From NCBI RefSeq assembly GCF_009914755.1, contig NC_060927.1: a DNA stretch of 64,000 nucleotides. One strand, given 5' to 3'. Origin of the DNA: the human T2T-CHM13v2.0 reference genome, Homo sapiens. Below, in pieces: positions 48,859 through 64,000 of this stretch (position 1 is its first letter; every line of letters starts with the position of its first letter). The position numbers were made by a program, and so were the translations under genes. The notes under the pieces are model-generated. The model ran no database searches. It was given only the letters and a program-made list of their open reading frames with translations, and was not told where the DNA came from.

Positions 48859-51085
48859 TCTCTTGTTTGTTCACTGCCAATCCCTAGAATCTAGCAAACC
48901 AATGTTTGCTGTTGTTTGATATTATGTAAGATTTCAAGTCAATCTGTTATAAAGGGCAAAGAAATTTTAAAGTCTATTTACTATTAAGTCAAATTTCATG
49001 AAATGTACAAGATCATTTTTCACTGATCTTTCACTGAACAATCTCTCAATTATCCTTTCTTTTCTGTTGTTTGCTTAAAATAAAAATATAAAACTCTGAA
49101 TAAATTATTCATTATTATGACGTGTCTATAAAGAAAAAATTGAAGTTTAGAAGAGTACATGTATTTATACCCAGTTCTTTTTCCTAACACATTTGAAATA
49201 GTACATGAAATATATACAGTGCAATAGGATAGAAACATCATAAGGGCAGGTGAAAGGGAAAAATAAGGTAAACAGAAAATCAGACTCAAGGCAAAGTTAC
49301 CCAAAAATGTACTGGGATTTTTAAAAATATAAGTTTTGAATTTGACTATGAGCTTCCTAATAGCCAAAACAAAGTAAAAGATACTATCATTTTATAATTT
49401 ACTAAGTTTATAAGGAGATGAAATACAATTGGCCAGAAAAAGCCAGATACACACAGGAATAAAAGTGTTCACTCGTTGGAGATCACGTACTTATTGAAAC
49501 CATGTTGCCAATAATATCTTTGTTATTCTTTTTCATAGAAGAGATTGCTTTCCAGGACATAGAAGAAAATTCTATAGCATCTCATTACTTTAGAATCACA
49601 TCTCAGTTTTGAAATAAAACCATATTCAAAAATTACCCATAATATGCACCAGACTCATTTTTAAATGACATTTGATGGTTTCTGAAGCCCAAATCCAACT
49701 TCAAAGTCTCTATATATGATAAAGCATATTCAAAAAGTGAGTGACAGACTTTGAAAGCCATTTTCAAGAAAGTATTCAGAAATATTTTAAGTGATGTTGA
49801 TATCATAGGAAGACACATATAGCATATAGGCTCTTAAGGTGAATATTTGAGGGAGATAATGCTTATTGTTATTATTCATGTGACTGACCAAACAATCATA
49901 TTCGATTGTGATTGTACAATATATGGCAGACCAGGGTGAGCACTGTGATTGCATAGTTTCTTAAATAGCGTTGGGGTACAAATAATCAGTCCTTGCCTTC
50001 GATAAATATATTCTTAGGTTTTTGCATGCTTCTGTGTGCAGATATTTATTCTCCTTTAAATGAAGTAAAAATTCCTTTAGCAAAGAAAACTTAATTCTTA
50101 TTTCTTTTTACCCTTTGCCACTAACAAAGCTCCTATTAGGTGCCAAAAAATACTAATTAGATAAATGAACTCTGCTCTGATCACCTGAAACACTAGCAAA
50201 CTGCCTGGCTCTCCTGTCACACGGCACATGCAGAAGTGGCCTCACAACATATTTCCACATATTTTTTCTTGAAAAGGCAGCAAGTTAATAAAAAAGAGAT
50301 GTGAAATATATGAAATATTTTTATAATGTCCTTCTTCTATGCCTTGGATAAATGCTAATCCGAGATTCTGTAATCTGCATGACTGGTATAAGTGACGGAA
50401 CACATAATTTTCTGATATTATTTTATCAGGCTATTAAGCTCTGCCCAACCTTTTAAGTATATTGAATTGGAAGATCATGTTCCCACCATTTCAGGAAATT
50501 GGTAGTGTCACAGCCCAACAACTTGAGAAAATAATGTTATTTTAGACCGGAGGTAAAAAGAAGAAATGGCAACAAAGAAAGTATGTAAAGCCTCAGACTG
50601 GAAATAGTAAATACTTGCCCCGGTGATGTAAAATTTTGTCAGTGTGAGAACAGCAGCACAAAGAATATCCTTGTGATTTATTTAACTAATGAGCTTTCTT
50701 TATAGGTCTCTTATTTATACGAGCAACTGTAAATGTTAACCCTTTGGTTTTTTTCATAAATGAACACTTTCCTCTGGTAGCAGGGGTTGGGGACTGGAAC
50801 GGCTCTGTTGACAATGGAAGTCCGCATTGAGATCATTTAGAAAATAAGTGAAATGGGATAGGTAAAGGCCTATTTAATGAAGACAATTTAATAAAAACCA
50901 CAAAGGAATGTATTACACAAACAGATTTTATTATAGAAAAATGGAATGCGCTGGAAGAGTGATTTTTAGACTTGGTGATCTTTCAGAGGAAAAAGAGTGA
51001 GTACAAACTTTGCAACCTGTTGGCTCTTCCTAATTAGAGGTGTGACTAGAAGGGAGATGGCAAAGCAGTCTCCAAATAAGTGCTG

Positions 51086-51098
51086 GTTTCCTAGCAAC
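51086..51098. promoter_or_regulatory. Candidate RFX X-box
   Basis: GTTTCCTAGCAAC in unique sequence; motif match only. Confidence 0.35.
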
Positions 51099-52004
51099 CA
51101 TGGCTCCAGTGGCTTAACCAGATTTTAAATGCAAACAATCAACCTCAGTACTAAGCCTGAAAGGGATGTTAAGTAAATATCATGGGCAAACTGCAATTCT
51201 TCCAAAGAAATGCTCTTCGGAGGCTGTGGGCTGCACTACCAGTCTTTAAAGCCCTCCACTGTGCTCAGGTGCCTGCAATGGGCTCTAAGTCAGCATTAAG
51301 TTACATTATGCCTAGACCGTCCCTGATACGCCGATGACCCTACTTATTTCCTGCCTGAACACAAGGCTACATGTGGCACAAACAGACTACAGAATTGAGG
51401 TGGCTTAAACCTGATGTGGATCGACGAGAATTTTTTTCTACTTCGTATTTTGCAGCTTATTTTATTTGATTGTGAGTATATTCTTTACAAGCTGTTTTTT
51501 AATAAATTTTCCGTTTTGTTCAGTAATATCTTTTCCATTTTCCAAAACACTACTTCAAGAGGTCACTCAATCTAAAATTCTATATGATGTCTTAAGATAT
51601 CACAACCCTTAAACGCAGCATATGTTTTCAAAACACGTCTCATTCATACAAATTGTTAAATAGAACATTGGTTTGAGCAGAAATTAAAAATGGGTCAATA
51701 TGAGCACCTCTAGAACCTCTTACTTACTGGCATAATATGCCCCAATACTTTATGGGCAAATACGGAATTTCTAGAAACATGACTAGAAAGCAATTGATTA
51801 TCTGAGCTAGTTCTCTTGCAGAAGAGGTCTCTGACTGTCCTCAAGGTAAAACTGGAAGACAATCAAAGCCATGGAATAAACCCAGGAGCCTTCAATCTGA
51901 ATGCATGATGGATACTCACCATTCGACACAGAAGACCGATCACAGAAGTAGTAGTACATTATCCTGTTGCAGGGTGGGTACAGAGGCCTCTTTTAGTAAA
52001 CTTT

Positions 52005-52102
52005 TCTTATTAAACTTTTTATTTTGAGATGATTGTAGATTCACTTACAGTTGTAAAAAAATAATAAGAGAGATCCTATATATCCCTTATCCAGTTTCTT
52101 CA
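52005..52102 (-). mobile_element. L1MB/MC-like extreme 3' end fragment
   Basis: AAACTTTTTATTTTGAGATGATTGTAGATTCAC..AGAGAGATCC..CCAGTTTC. Confidence 0.7.
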
Positions 52103-52479
52103 TTTGAAGGGACTTTTAAACCTTGGTGTACTCAGTACAACCAGGAGCCATCAGTAGAGTTGTAATCAAGTAAGTCAGCCTCCAAAAGAGCTCTCCACTT
52201 TAACAGTTCCACATATGAGCTTTGTTTGCACGAAATGGTAACTACCACTCTTGGGAGAGTACTGTTAACAGGTAGTTCACCAGAGAGCTCTATTGAAAAG
52301 GTCTGACCAGTAGATTCAAGAGGGGAGGTCTCTGAGAGTCAAGAGGTGACTCTTGTCCTTTCTTTTTTCAGATTTGAATCAAATGGTTTTGGGGGCTTAG
52401 TGGGCATTAATAAACTATAATATTTGGTGATGTTGGATAAAGTGGTTTGGCTAAACCACTTTAATTCTTAAATTTTTCT

Positions 52480-52937
52480 ACTGCAGGTAGGATTCCCTTG
52501 GAATACATGGTTGTAAAATTGGAGATTGGAGATCATTAGGCAGGATATTTATTAGGGAGAACTCCTGGGATCAAAACCTATGGAAGGGAAGGGAAGTAAG
52601 GCAGGAAGGTAAAGAAGCGTTATTGGACAATGAAGAAAATTGTGCTGCATGCAGATCTAACAAAGTCCACAGCCAACATGGAGGGTCCCTTCAAATTTGT
52701 TTTGCCTGCACTGAGGATGCCAGACCTTTATGTTCTTGCATTGACCAGTCACTGGATGCAAGCTGTTTGTTAGAAGGAAATGTGATCTTGGACAAAAGAG
52801 CTCTTTCCAACCCAAGGCAATTTACAGAAAGAATCAAAAGCTGAAGTCTGTCAGATAGTATTGCTCCCAGAAGCTATAGAAAATAATGCCTCATTTCTAA
52901 AGGAGAAGCCAGGCAATACATAACAGCATCCACTATA
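52480..52937 (-). mobile_element. LTR33/LTR16-like ERVL 3' LTR
   Basis: TTTATTAGGGAG..GACCAGTCACTGGATGC..ACAGCATCCACTA(T)A, directly adjoining ERVL internal sequence. Confidence 0.7.
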
Positions 52938-53513
52938 TTTCATCCATTGTACTGCTCAGTTCTATTCCTTTACATATGTTCTGACTTGGAATGACAAGGG
53001 TTATAGTTACGATGAGCTTTTTCATTTTAACTGGCTTTGACTTATAGGAAGAAGATTTATGGGATGAATTAAGCCCATGCAACTGTAGCTGATCTTAGGG
53101 CTGTAATTAATCCTCAGCATCTCTCTTCTTTATCCAGGCAGAAAAAAATCAAACCAGTGTATTTTTCTAGATTTTCCTAATCTTCAATTAGCACCTCAGC
53201 TGGTCTTCGGTCTGTGGTCACCATGTGCCTCCAAGACTGTGGCTGCTGTTCTTGTCCATGCAAGTGGATCGCTTGGGAGCCAAACACAGAATTCTGTTTC
53301 ATAAATGGAAGACATCAGCCTTACTTCCCCCTGATGATCAGAGTCCATTTCCTGCCAGGATTGTGACTCTTTGTGTTTACTGCTTGTCCCTTATCCAAAG
53401 GAGTTCAAGGTGACCAGGAGAAAACCACAGTTTATATGCAATAGGACTTTTGCTATGTCCATGGTAAAAGTGTTCTCCCTTTGGGTATCAGGAGTTTTAA
53501 ATCTGCAAAACAG

Positions 53514-53827
<314 letters not shown>

Positions 53828-54033
53828 AAATCTGCAAAACAGGATTGTGTACACAGAAAGCACAAAATTTCCATAAAGCACAACTAGGAGTGATAAAAAA
53901 TGTGTGCAGACAGAAACACAAATAGAAGTGATATTAAAGATGGCTACCCTTGCTTCAATCCCTCGATTCTCGAACTCATGTATTCCACCTATTAGGGACA
54001 GGAAACTATGTAAAGGCCATCTATCTACTCATG

Positions 54034-54254
54034 TTGAGATTGGCAAACTATGGCAAATAGGCCAAATCCATCCTATTTCCTGTTTATATAAACAAAGTTT
54101 TACTGGAACACAGTTATAACCATTCATTTATATATTATTTAAAGCTGTTTTCACACTACAATTGCAGAGTTGAGTTGCTGCCACAGAGATCATATGGCCT
54201 GAAAACCTAAAATAATTTTTATCTCACTCTTTACAGAAAGTTTGCCAACTCTTG
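54034..54254 (+). mobile_element. MER58A-like hAT MITE inserted in the ERVL
   Basis: TIRs TTGGCAAAC/GTTTGCCAA; AAAGTTTTACTGGAACACAG core. Confidence 0.85.
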
Positions 54255-55925
54255 ATGTTATGTGTATATCGCATCCTGGAAAGTGGTGCCCCGTCTTTGT
54301 AAGGAATCATCTCCAAGCTAGCACCTCAGTTTACCTTCACCAGTCCATTTTGTTGCTCTATCATGCTGATAGCTTCCGGGTGGTATAGTGTGGAGTGTGG
54401 CCAAAGGATTGCATGGTCATGTGCCCACTCCCACACTCTATTTCTGCAAAGTAGGTGTCTTCATCTGACGTGATATTGAGTGAGATCCTATTTCAGTGAA
54501 TCACTTTGTAAACCCTTGGTTAGTGGTGCAGGTTGACATCCTGCAGTCAGAAAAGGCAAACTTATACCCAGAAAATATACCAATTATTGGGAAGATGAAT
54601 TGTTGACATTGGAGGGTAAAGGGGGTCAAATGTAGTCAACTTACCACAAAATGTCTGGTTGGTTTTCTTGAGGATGCTGCTGCATTAGGGATAGATTATT
54701 TGTCTGTGTTGCTGACAGGTTGAAGGGTCAGTAGTGGCAGTAGATAGATAAGTCTTGATGAGTTTGAGCCCATATTCTTGACTCCACGCAGAGCTCCCAT
54801 CCCTCTCAAATGGCTATTTCTTTTTTGTGCCCTTTGTGCAAGCACTGGAGTGGCCAATGACAGAGGCTGGCTGACATTAATTGGCTAGGTCATTTTGTCT
54901 CTTCAGCTGTTTAATGCCTCTTTCATAATGACAGCTTTTTGGTGACATTAGCATGCAATATAAAAATGCTGACATTTTATGTCCACTATGCAAGGTACAT
55001 CTGTGTGCCTCTATTCCATTACAATGTCCCCTATCTTCCATTTTTTTCTTCTTTCAGGCCCTGGCCTTCTAGCCAAGCCATTTATTCCTGCTCATGAATC
55101 TCTATGTATTCTTGCTTTGGACTGCTTCTCTTTCCTCATAAAATGGATGAATAGGTATACCAAATGCAGCTTGCCCATCAACTTTCCCTCACCATTGGAT
55201 TTTTGATGCCTCACCCTCCCACCTCCCCCACCCCTTGAGTGAGACAGTAGCATAATCATGGTCTATTTTTGGCTTGACTAACAAGACAACATATTTGTAA
55301 ATAAAGCTTTGCTTTATTCCTCCTCCAAATTCCTATGTGGCCATAAATGAAAGCAGAATAAGAGGTTCTGATACAAAAGCGAATGACATGGTGGTGGGGG
55401 TGGAGGTGAAGTGAGTGGTTCGGGGAGAGATAGAGGGGGTATCTAAGTCATCTGCTTAAGATACAAGCTTAAATCATGTTTTCTGGCATTGCTTATGCAT
55501 TATGACAGATACTCTACTTCCATATTACAATAGATTCCTGATGGGCCTACTTATCTTAATTCTGGATCTAGCTTCTGAGGAAAACTCTGACCACATGGTC
55601 ATTTGATGAACCACAGTGAACTACTCTATTTTTACCAGTGTCCAGTGACAAAAAGGAGAAACTGTTCAAAAGGCATATAATTCTCTGTAAAGCATTGCTC
55701 CAGAATAAACTACATTATGTTTCTTCTACTGAGATGTACCAAATGCTCCATATGTGTTTTCCTACCACAGGATCTCCAAAACAGTATAAGGCCCAAGAAG
55801 CAGAGAGGTTTGTACTGCAGTCTGGCTCCGCTGCAGATCTTTCCTTCTCTGAGACCACCTACGTCATACTTTAAATGGGCAGAGCAGTTTGTGTGTGTGC
55901 ATCTTTTATAACTGCCTCAGTGTTA

Positions 55926-56310
<385 letters not shown>

Positions 56311-58719
56311 TTATTACTATATATTTTTCTGAATTTAATGTGATATGTGAAGTTTTATCCTTCATTATAATTGTGAGATGATTCTAAGTTACATGAACAT
56401 ATGTTCTTCATTCAACAACTTCCCATAGCTCAGAGACTAGGGTTTTAGTAGGTACTCATTAAATATTTGTTGATTAATGAATAAAACTCCCACTCATAAT
56501 AATCAATAATCAATATCAACAATGATCAATCCACAGATAAAGTTGAGTCTTACTACATATAAGAACTACATGAGTTGCTGTGACAATATACTAACCATCA
56601 TATTGACTCCAAAGGGAACTTGGTATTAGAGACATAGTATCTTAGGGCTGGAAGGGGCTTTCTCATTCAATTTAGTCACCTTTTGCAAATGAAATAAAGG
56701 CTCAGAAATGGATAGGGACATGTCTGAAATGATGTCCAACTGGTTGCATAGCTACATCATAATCTAAACTTCTCAACAACCCTCATAAACATTGTTTCCA
56801 TTATAGCATTCTATATGTCATTATTTCATTCTTCTGGTTTGCTACAGAAGTAAAATGTTTTCCAGGACAGTATAAGATCTTAAAAATTTTTCCATTAAAA
56901 ACACACATTAAAGCTTATTAACCTAATTTTCAAATTTGGAATATGGTGGAAGGAAGACTAATAAACAGTCATTTTGATATAAAGGAGTAAGGGGAAAAAA
57001 GTTTTAAAAACTAACATCATGTTCTTGCAGTATTGAATTAAATTTCATGTTACTTCTGTTTTCAGATACCATTCTTATTTCCAAACCAGTACCCAGTAAA
57101 AGACACATAATTTGTTAATTCATTTTTCTTTCTCCTTCCCTAATTCCACCAATTTTAACTTTCTTATATGAAATAAGTATGCAATGTATCTCGTAGGCAA
57201 TGTGATTTATCTTTTCCAATTTCCAAATAAATAATGATTAACAAAAACATGTATCTAAGGCCTGATTTGAACTTAACAGAAAAATATCACCATAATCAGT
57301 TTTACATGTTATAAAAAATGTTTCAAATGCTATTAAAAATATTTGATTTTTAAACACTTAGATAATTTCTAAAAAAATTTTTCCTACTGATTATTTAGAC
57401 AGGATGTTAGAAGACCTTAGGGGAGATATTAAAATCAGATGAAATAGTGATATGAGGTCATATCTACTTAATGCAGTAATAAAGGAAATGAGAAATGAGA
57501 AAACCTGAAATATATAAATATAAGGCTGTCACAACAACACACAAGTAATAATCAAAATATTTTCTGTGGCATTTGAAAGCCAACAAAAATTGCAAGGTAT
57601 TGAGAATGAGCAAAAGGGTGGTTTTCTTGAAAAACTTTGACCAAAGATTTGAAGAAAATTAAGTTAACAAAGATCTTAAAATAATAATACAGTGGGAGAG
57701 TTTTTTATAGATGGCTCCTCCCAAAAATGATTTTTTTCACCATTTCAAGCGGTAAAAAAATATTTTTGGATGGAAAAAATAGAACCTAGCAATAGAATTC
57801 TCCACATAATCATGTCACAGAACTGCCCCCAGATATGTCAAATATATCTTGGCTTATGTTCTAGAATTTTTGAGATCATTAACTTAATGTGCTTAAGTGC
57901 CTTAAAAAAGAAATTGGTTATTTTCTACATTTCCATTTAAGGTTATATTCTGATTTCAGTCTTTTTAGATTGATGAAACCCTATTTGCTATATACTATGG
58001 ATACCTTTTAACATTATAAAGTAATATATCCAGCATTAATAAGGAATTTTTACAAATGGAATAGGGTCATATGGTTTTATTAAAATGAAGAGATTTTGCT
58101 TCTAAATGCTAACCATTAGGAGCATAACCAATGTGTTGGGCAGAATGTGTTTTAATGTATACTCACATAGATTTGGTATTCTTACTTTTTAATAAATTGC
58201 CTTTGTAACACAGAGACCTCTTCTCTTACTCAGAGAAACTGGAAAAACCTTGTGATCTTGATGTTCTGCTCAAGCATTCTAAGAGAATTGACAATTTCCA
58301 TCAGTATCCAAGCTACTTTAAAAAAATTCAGCATCTTTTATATCTCCACACCTAATTATTAAGTGTCAATCATAACTGACAGTAGGACAACAAAGCCACA
58401 CAATTACACAGAAAGATATACTTTCAAATGTCATTCTAAATTTATGAAATTGGAGTTTTACAGTCCTCTTATGAAAATGTCAAAAAGTGCTGACCATAAT
58501 TTTTCTGTAAGTGGTAAATACAACAAATTCACATCCTTAATGCATTCATCTTTTATTCTTACAAACTGATAAAAATCCTAGAGTCGAATTCCTGTCTTTT
58601 TATTTATTGAGGTGGAGATGCTTATTTCATATCTATCGGACATCTCAACACCTATAAAAAGTGACAGGTGTTAAATCATGTTGTGTTGTTGACTTATAAA
58701 ATTAATTTATTATCATAAC

Positions 58720-59620
58720 AAAATATTAAAATGTTATAGAAGAAATTAAAGATAAAAATCTAGCCCACTCCCAAGCTTAGGCTGCCCAATTCCTATCCTC
58801 AAAAGTGATTTGGATAAACTAAAAGATAAATTTATTATTAATCATTTTGGCTGATCCTTTCAGACAGAGTCTATGAGTTTTTATATATGTATATATATAT
58901 ATATATAATTTATGGTTGTGTTTATATATAAATATATATCAATTATATATAAATATATATAAATTCTATATAAATACATATAAATGATATATATAAATAA
59001 ATTATATATAAATATATAATAATATAAATATATAAATAATTTATATAATTTATTTATAAATATATAAATAATTTATATAATTTATTTATAAATATATAAA
59101 TAAATTATATAAATATATAAATTATATAAATTATTTATAAATATATAAATAAATTATATATAAATATATATAAATTGTATATATAAATATATATAAATTA
59201 TATATAAATATATATAAATTATATATAAATATATATATAAATATATATACATTATATATAAATATATATACATTATATATAAATATATATAAACATATAT
59301 GAACACACTAGATCAAAAAATATATCCTGTTCTGCAATGTTTCCTGATTTTACTATTTACATATAATCTTACTATATTTTATTTGTACATATAATGCTGA
59401 CTCATTCTTCTAAGTAACTGCACAATAGTCTAATGTATGTTAGTTTCTCAATTTGTTTCATGAGTCGCTTAGATGTATTTCCAGTTTTGATATTAGAAAC
59501 AATACTCAATATTGTTTGGCTATACCTTTGATCATGTATCTTTTCATACCTCTGTGACTGCATCTGTAGGATAAGTTCTTAGTTGGGAAATTTCTGTGTC
59601 TAAGCATTTATTTGTTTATA
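58720..59620 (-). mobile_element. L1ME-like 3' relic hosting the AT expansion
   Basis: CTCATTCTTCTAAGTAACTGCACAATAGTC..TATTTCCAGTTTTG..CTGTAGGATAAGTTCTTAG. Confidence 0.5.
58880..59300. repeat. AT-rich minisatellite/(TA)n tract
   Basis: About 420 bp almost entirely A/T, including a tandem 32-bp unit TATAAATATATAAATAATTTATATAATTTATT. Confidence 0.97.
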
Positions 59621-59699
59621 ATTTAAATTAGTTAATTTAACATTATGTTGGCACTATATTAGCTAATTATGATATATTTTTAATATAGTCTCCATATGA

Positions 59700-60009
<310 letters not shown>

Positions 60010-61541
60010 TGAAAGTTTAAAGTTAATCAACAATGGAACACAAGATAAATAATATTTTATAAAACAAAAATCTCAAACCCTAAACAGAGAAAATGATTTG
60101 GGAAAATAGTCGATAGCCAACATTGAAATTAAATTTTTAAAGAGCACAACCTAATGAGAATAGCAATCACTATTTTGTAAAATTTAAAATGAAAATAAAA
60201 TTAGAACTTGAGTTATATCAAGATAATTAATTGTTAGAAAAACACCTATAATGGGTGTGGTAATTTCTTGAATTTTCAGTATTTGTAAAGCAATGAAAAT
60301 TATTTTATGCCAAATGAAATAACATATATGTCATCAATGCAGACAGTAATTAGCCAAACATTTGAATGATTCATGTTTAAAGCTATTGAAATGGAAAAAT
60401 TTCTTGAAAATGTGAAAAATTATTTTCAATTTCAACGGTTTTAACACGATAACGTGAAGTAAGTCTGGAACAAAGCTGATAGATACCTCCTAATTTCTAA
60501 CCATTTTTGCTGATGTAGAACAAACATATATTTCAGTAACATATTCTGTTTTCTCCTTCACTCTTTTACTGGCTAATGTGGGGAAGGGAGACTTACTTCA
60601 GATGTTTGAAAATTATCATCACTATAATTAATTATTTTTGCATACATATATAAAGAAATGAAATAGTATGTCAATTGGAAGAATTTAAGATCTAGAGTAC
60701 ACAGCACTAGGCTAGCCGCTGTGTAGTAGTCAACATTTATTAGATCTCCAATTTCCCAAACGTATAGAAATTTCCCAAATATATAGAAAGTACAGCTGTG
60801 TTCGACTCTTCTAAAAAAATGAAAGAAAAAATAAATAATCCATAATCTTCCAGAAGGTTTTTCAATATTTTTTCCTTTAACAGATAGATCTAAAAATATT
60901 CTTTGAGATCTCCCTTATCTAACTTCTTTGAGAATGTGGGTTTTATTTCAAAATGCCGTTCCAATAATCAAATATTAACTTTAGCGTATGTTGTTTTATA
61001 CGTATTTATTATCAGAAGAACATAAAGAAGGAAGAACCATTTAAATCTCTCTCCTATGTGTACATATATTCAGCAAGTTTCTAACATTTATAATGATTGC
61101 ATTTATCGTGAAGATTATGATCATCTTAGATCATCAGCATCTGCCTGGTTCCAAATAAAGTTGCAGCAATAATACCTAAAACAGTATTCATAAAAAAGAT
61201 TACTATCTCTTTAATAAAACATAAAACATTTTTTCCAGAGCTTTCATTATCAGTTCTTGAATGATTTAGTGCCCTTGCTTTTTTATTCTGACACATATCT
61301 GCACTGCTTTCAGAAGAATTCACTCATCACTTCACCAAGATTAAGTGGAATGTACACACTACACGGATCATTGTATATTAGGAACAATACGTTGGTCAAC
61401 ATTTGAGTCTGATTCTGTACCTAGTATTGTGCCAGGTTGTACGTGTATACAGAGAAATATGGTCCATCATTTCTAGGAGCTTCCAAACTATCTTGGGATT
61501 AATGACCAACAAAGAAAAAGCCAGACAGCAATAATAAATGA

Positions 61542-61930
<389 letters not shown>

Positions 61931-62359
61931 TAGAACAATTTGTCTAGAACCGACCCTTGAAAATGAATGGGATTCAGACTTGCAGAGAAAAAAAAAAATT
62001 TAGGTGTGGGTAATTGTGTGAATAAAGGAAGGTAGACTCTATAAGGCACATTATAGAGGATTACAGGGGATCGGTTTAGGAACATTGAACAGATCCATCT
62101 GGCTAAAATAGACCTTAAGAGAAAAAAATTTCCATGATATTTCCATGGAAAACTGTTGGACTCTAGGTCATTTTAGACTATAGGGACATTCTAGCCCATA
62201 GGGACTTCTAATACAAGTCTAAGGAAAAAGTACCTTATGTTATGGGAAGAGGTAAAATCTTAAAAGGTTTTTATTTTAGGTGTTAATGCATAGAATGCTG
62301 TATAAAAATTAATCTAGGTATGAGAAGTAATATGGGATTGTGAGATGCCTAATACTAAT

Positions 62360-62575
62360 ACCTAAAATTTAATCAGCACTTACTGCATAATAGGCACTGT
62401 GCTAGAAGACCAACATGGATAGGTTCATCTTTATATATCCTTAAAGACTTATATTATAATTATCCCCTTTTACAGGGGAGAACATAAAGCTAAGATAGAT
62501 TCAAATTTTTTCCAAAGATCCCCAAGGTAGCCCATTTCTGAGCTGGAATTTAAATATAGGCAATAAGTCTTTATG
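62360..62575 (-). mobile_element. MIR SINE
   Basis: AGCACTTACT..AGGCACTGTGCTA..ATTATCCCCTTTTACAGGGGAGAA..GAGCTGGAATTTAAA. Confidence 0.75.
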
Positions 62576-64000
62576 TCAGAGTTCTGGAGTCAAAGAAGGG
62601 AGTTAATAAGTTATTAGAAGTAGTCTTTTGTGACAAATTGCTCCACTGTGTAGCCACAGTATAAATAAAGAGGAATGAAAGGGTATTAAAGACAATGTGG
62701 AGGAAAGATTAGTTCAAATTGCGCTGTGAAAGTGCAACACATTAAAGGAATAGAATTTTTTAAGTTGAGGATGTATTAGCACCGCATGCATTTCTTTGTC
62801 AAAACTTGCTTCCGCCTTTTCCTGCATTACATGGTCATGCTAGCAATAGCCAGTTATCCTAGATTGGTTTGAAAGAAAATTCAAAATGAAAACAATTTGC
62901 AGATATCTAAGAATAAGCTGATTTTGTCAGATTGCTCTGTTGGTAATGGTTTGGTTTTGCATGAATAATTTCTTTCCAATACGTATTCGGTAGAAATATA
63001 CAAACCAGTTTTGCAAATAGGCCCCTTAAGAAAATGTTAGCATTGTCCTCACCTATTTTTCCTAAAGTCACCTTTCCATCTGATTGTTTTTCTTCAGTTT
63101 CTTTTGGAGTAAACACAAAGGTAGTAAGGAAAAACTGCTCAGGTAAATTTTTGTAATTTCATCTTAAACAGATTCCTATGGAAAAGTAACAATAACAATG
63201 AGCTAATTATCTAATTTTTGTCAAGTGGTTAAAGCAATTATGAAGGAAATACTGTGTGTTATTGTTGAAGTCTGATGAGTGTTACTTTATAAAGTGTCAA
63301 TTAAATAAGATGAAGTAATCACCCTTTTAAGTCATCCACAATCCTGTTATCTTTGATAAAAGCAGATGCCAAAGAGTGTGTCTCTGAGACAGAGAGAACC
63401 AACATAATTATCTGAACTTAAATGTCCCTTGAAACTATGTCTGTCTCCACTTTGAATAAAACTCCTCAATGGCGGAACACTAATAAATTCTCAATAAATA
63501 TTTGTTGATACAAGAAAGCATTTCAAAAGTACCTTTTTTCTAGCATCCATATAAGTAAGAAGCATTCACACTTGAGCTGCTGAGATTTAGGAATATCTCT
63601 GGTGGCTTTATTTTGCTTTTCTAACCAATGACAAATTTTGGCTACATGACTTCAGAGCTCTTTTCTATCAATTGTCTATGATTTTAACATTTCTGCTAGA
63701 TTAGATATTCCCTTAGATAAAATAACACTGAGAGAAAGATTAATGGTTGTGGTTTTCTTTTCTCTAGCTTGTCATGCTTCAGTTATGTCCCCTTTAGTCT
63801 GTGGCTTAATAAGATGTTGCTTTCAGTTTAGTTGAAACTACAAGCACCATGTTGAAAGAATTTTAGCACTTTCTTCTCCTTGTTAATATTGTAACTGCCC
63901 CCCAAAACAGATCTATATAGTGAACAGAAACGTCTGAGTGGATTTCATCAATGACAAGAAAACAATAAATTATATTATTTTGACATCTATGACCAGTGCA

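Noticed and set aside
52438-52463. 11-bp hairpin TAAAGTGGTTT-GGCT-AAACCACTTTA
   Set aside because: Too short for a pre-miRNA, no known ancestral state, and plausible by chance in 64 kb of AT-rich DNA.
57560-57760. Possible hAT transposase remnant (LKNFDQRFEE)
   Set aside because: Single short motif with inconsistent spacing to the next expected motif; needs an HMM search.
60749-60789. 19-bp tandem duplication AATTTCCCAAA(CG/TA)TATAGA
   Set aside because: Ordinary slippage duplication with no further structure.

Overview
Primate (human-like) AT-rich nuclear DNA, intronic or intergenic, dominated by transposable elements. I recognise no host protein-coding exon; the long ORFs are broken LINE-1 ORF1/ORF2 pieces and the rest appear to be repeat-derived or chance ORFs. 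Bases 1-24.5 kb are a nested L1 cluster: an old L1PA carrying an MLT2A LTR and four Alus, an L1PB carrying an MST LTR and a TA expansion, and a 5'-inverted L1MA into which a full-length but inactivated L1PA2/3 inserted, with a candidate 3' transduction. Bases 25-64 kb hold solo LTRs (MER51, MLT2, LTR3, MST), an ERVL provirus remnant, about 12 further Alus, MADE1/MER58 DNA elements, L2/MIR relics, a Y3 RNA retropseudogene and AT-rich satellites. I found no convincing previously undescribed gene system. The most notable signals are footprints of retrotransposition and template switching. Subfamily names come from recalled consensus sequences, not from an alignment, and boundaries of ancient elements are approximate.
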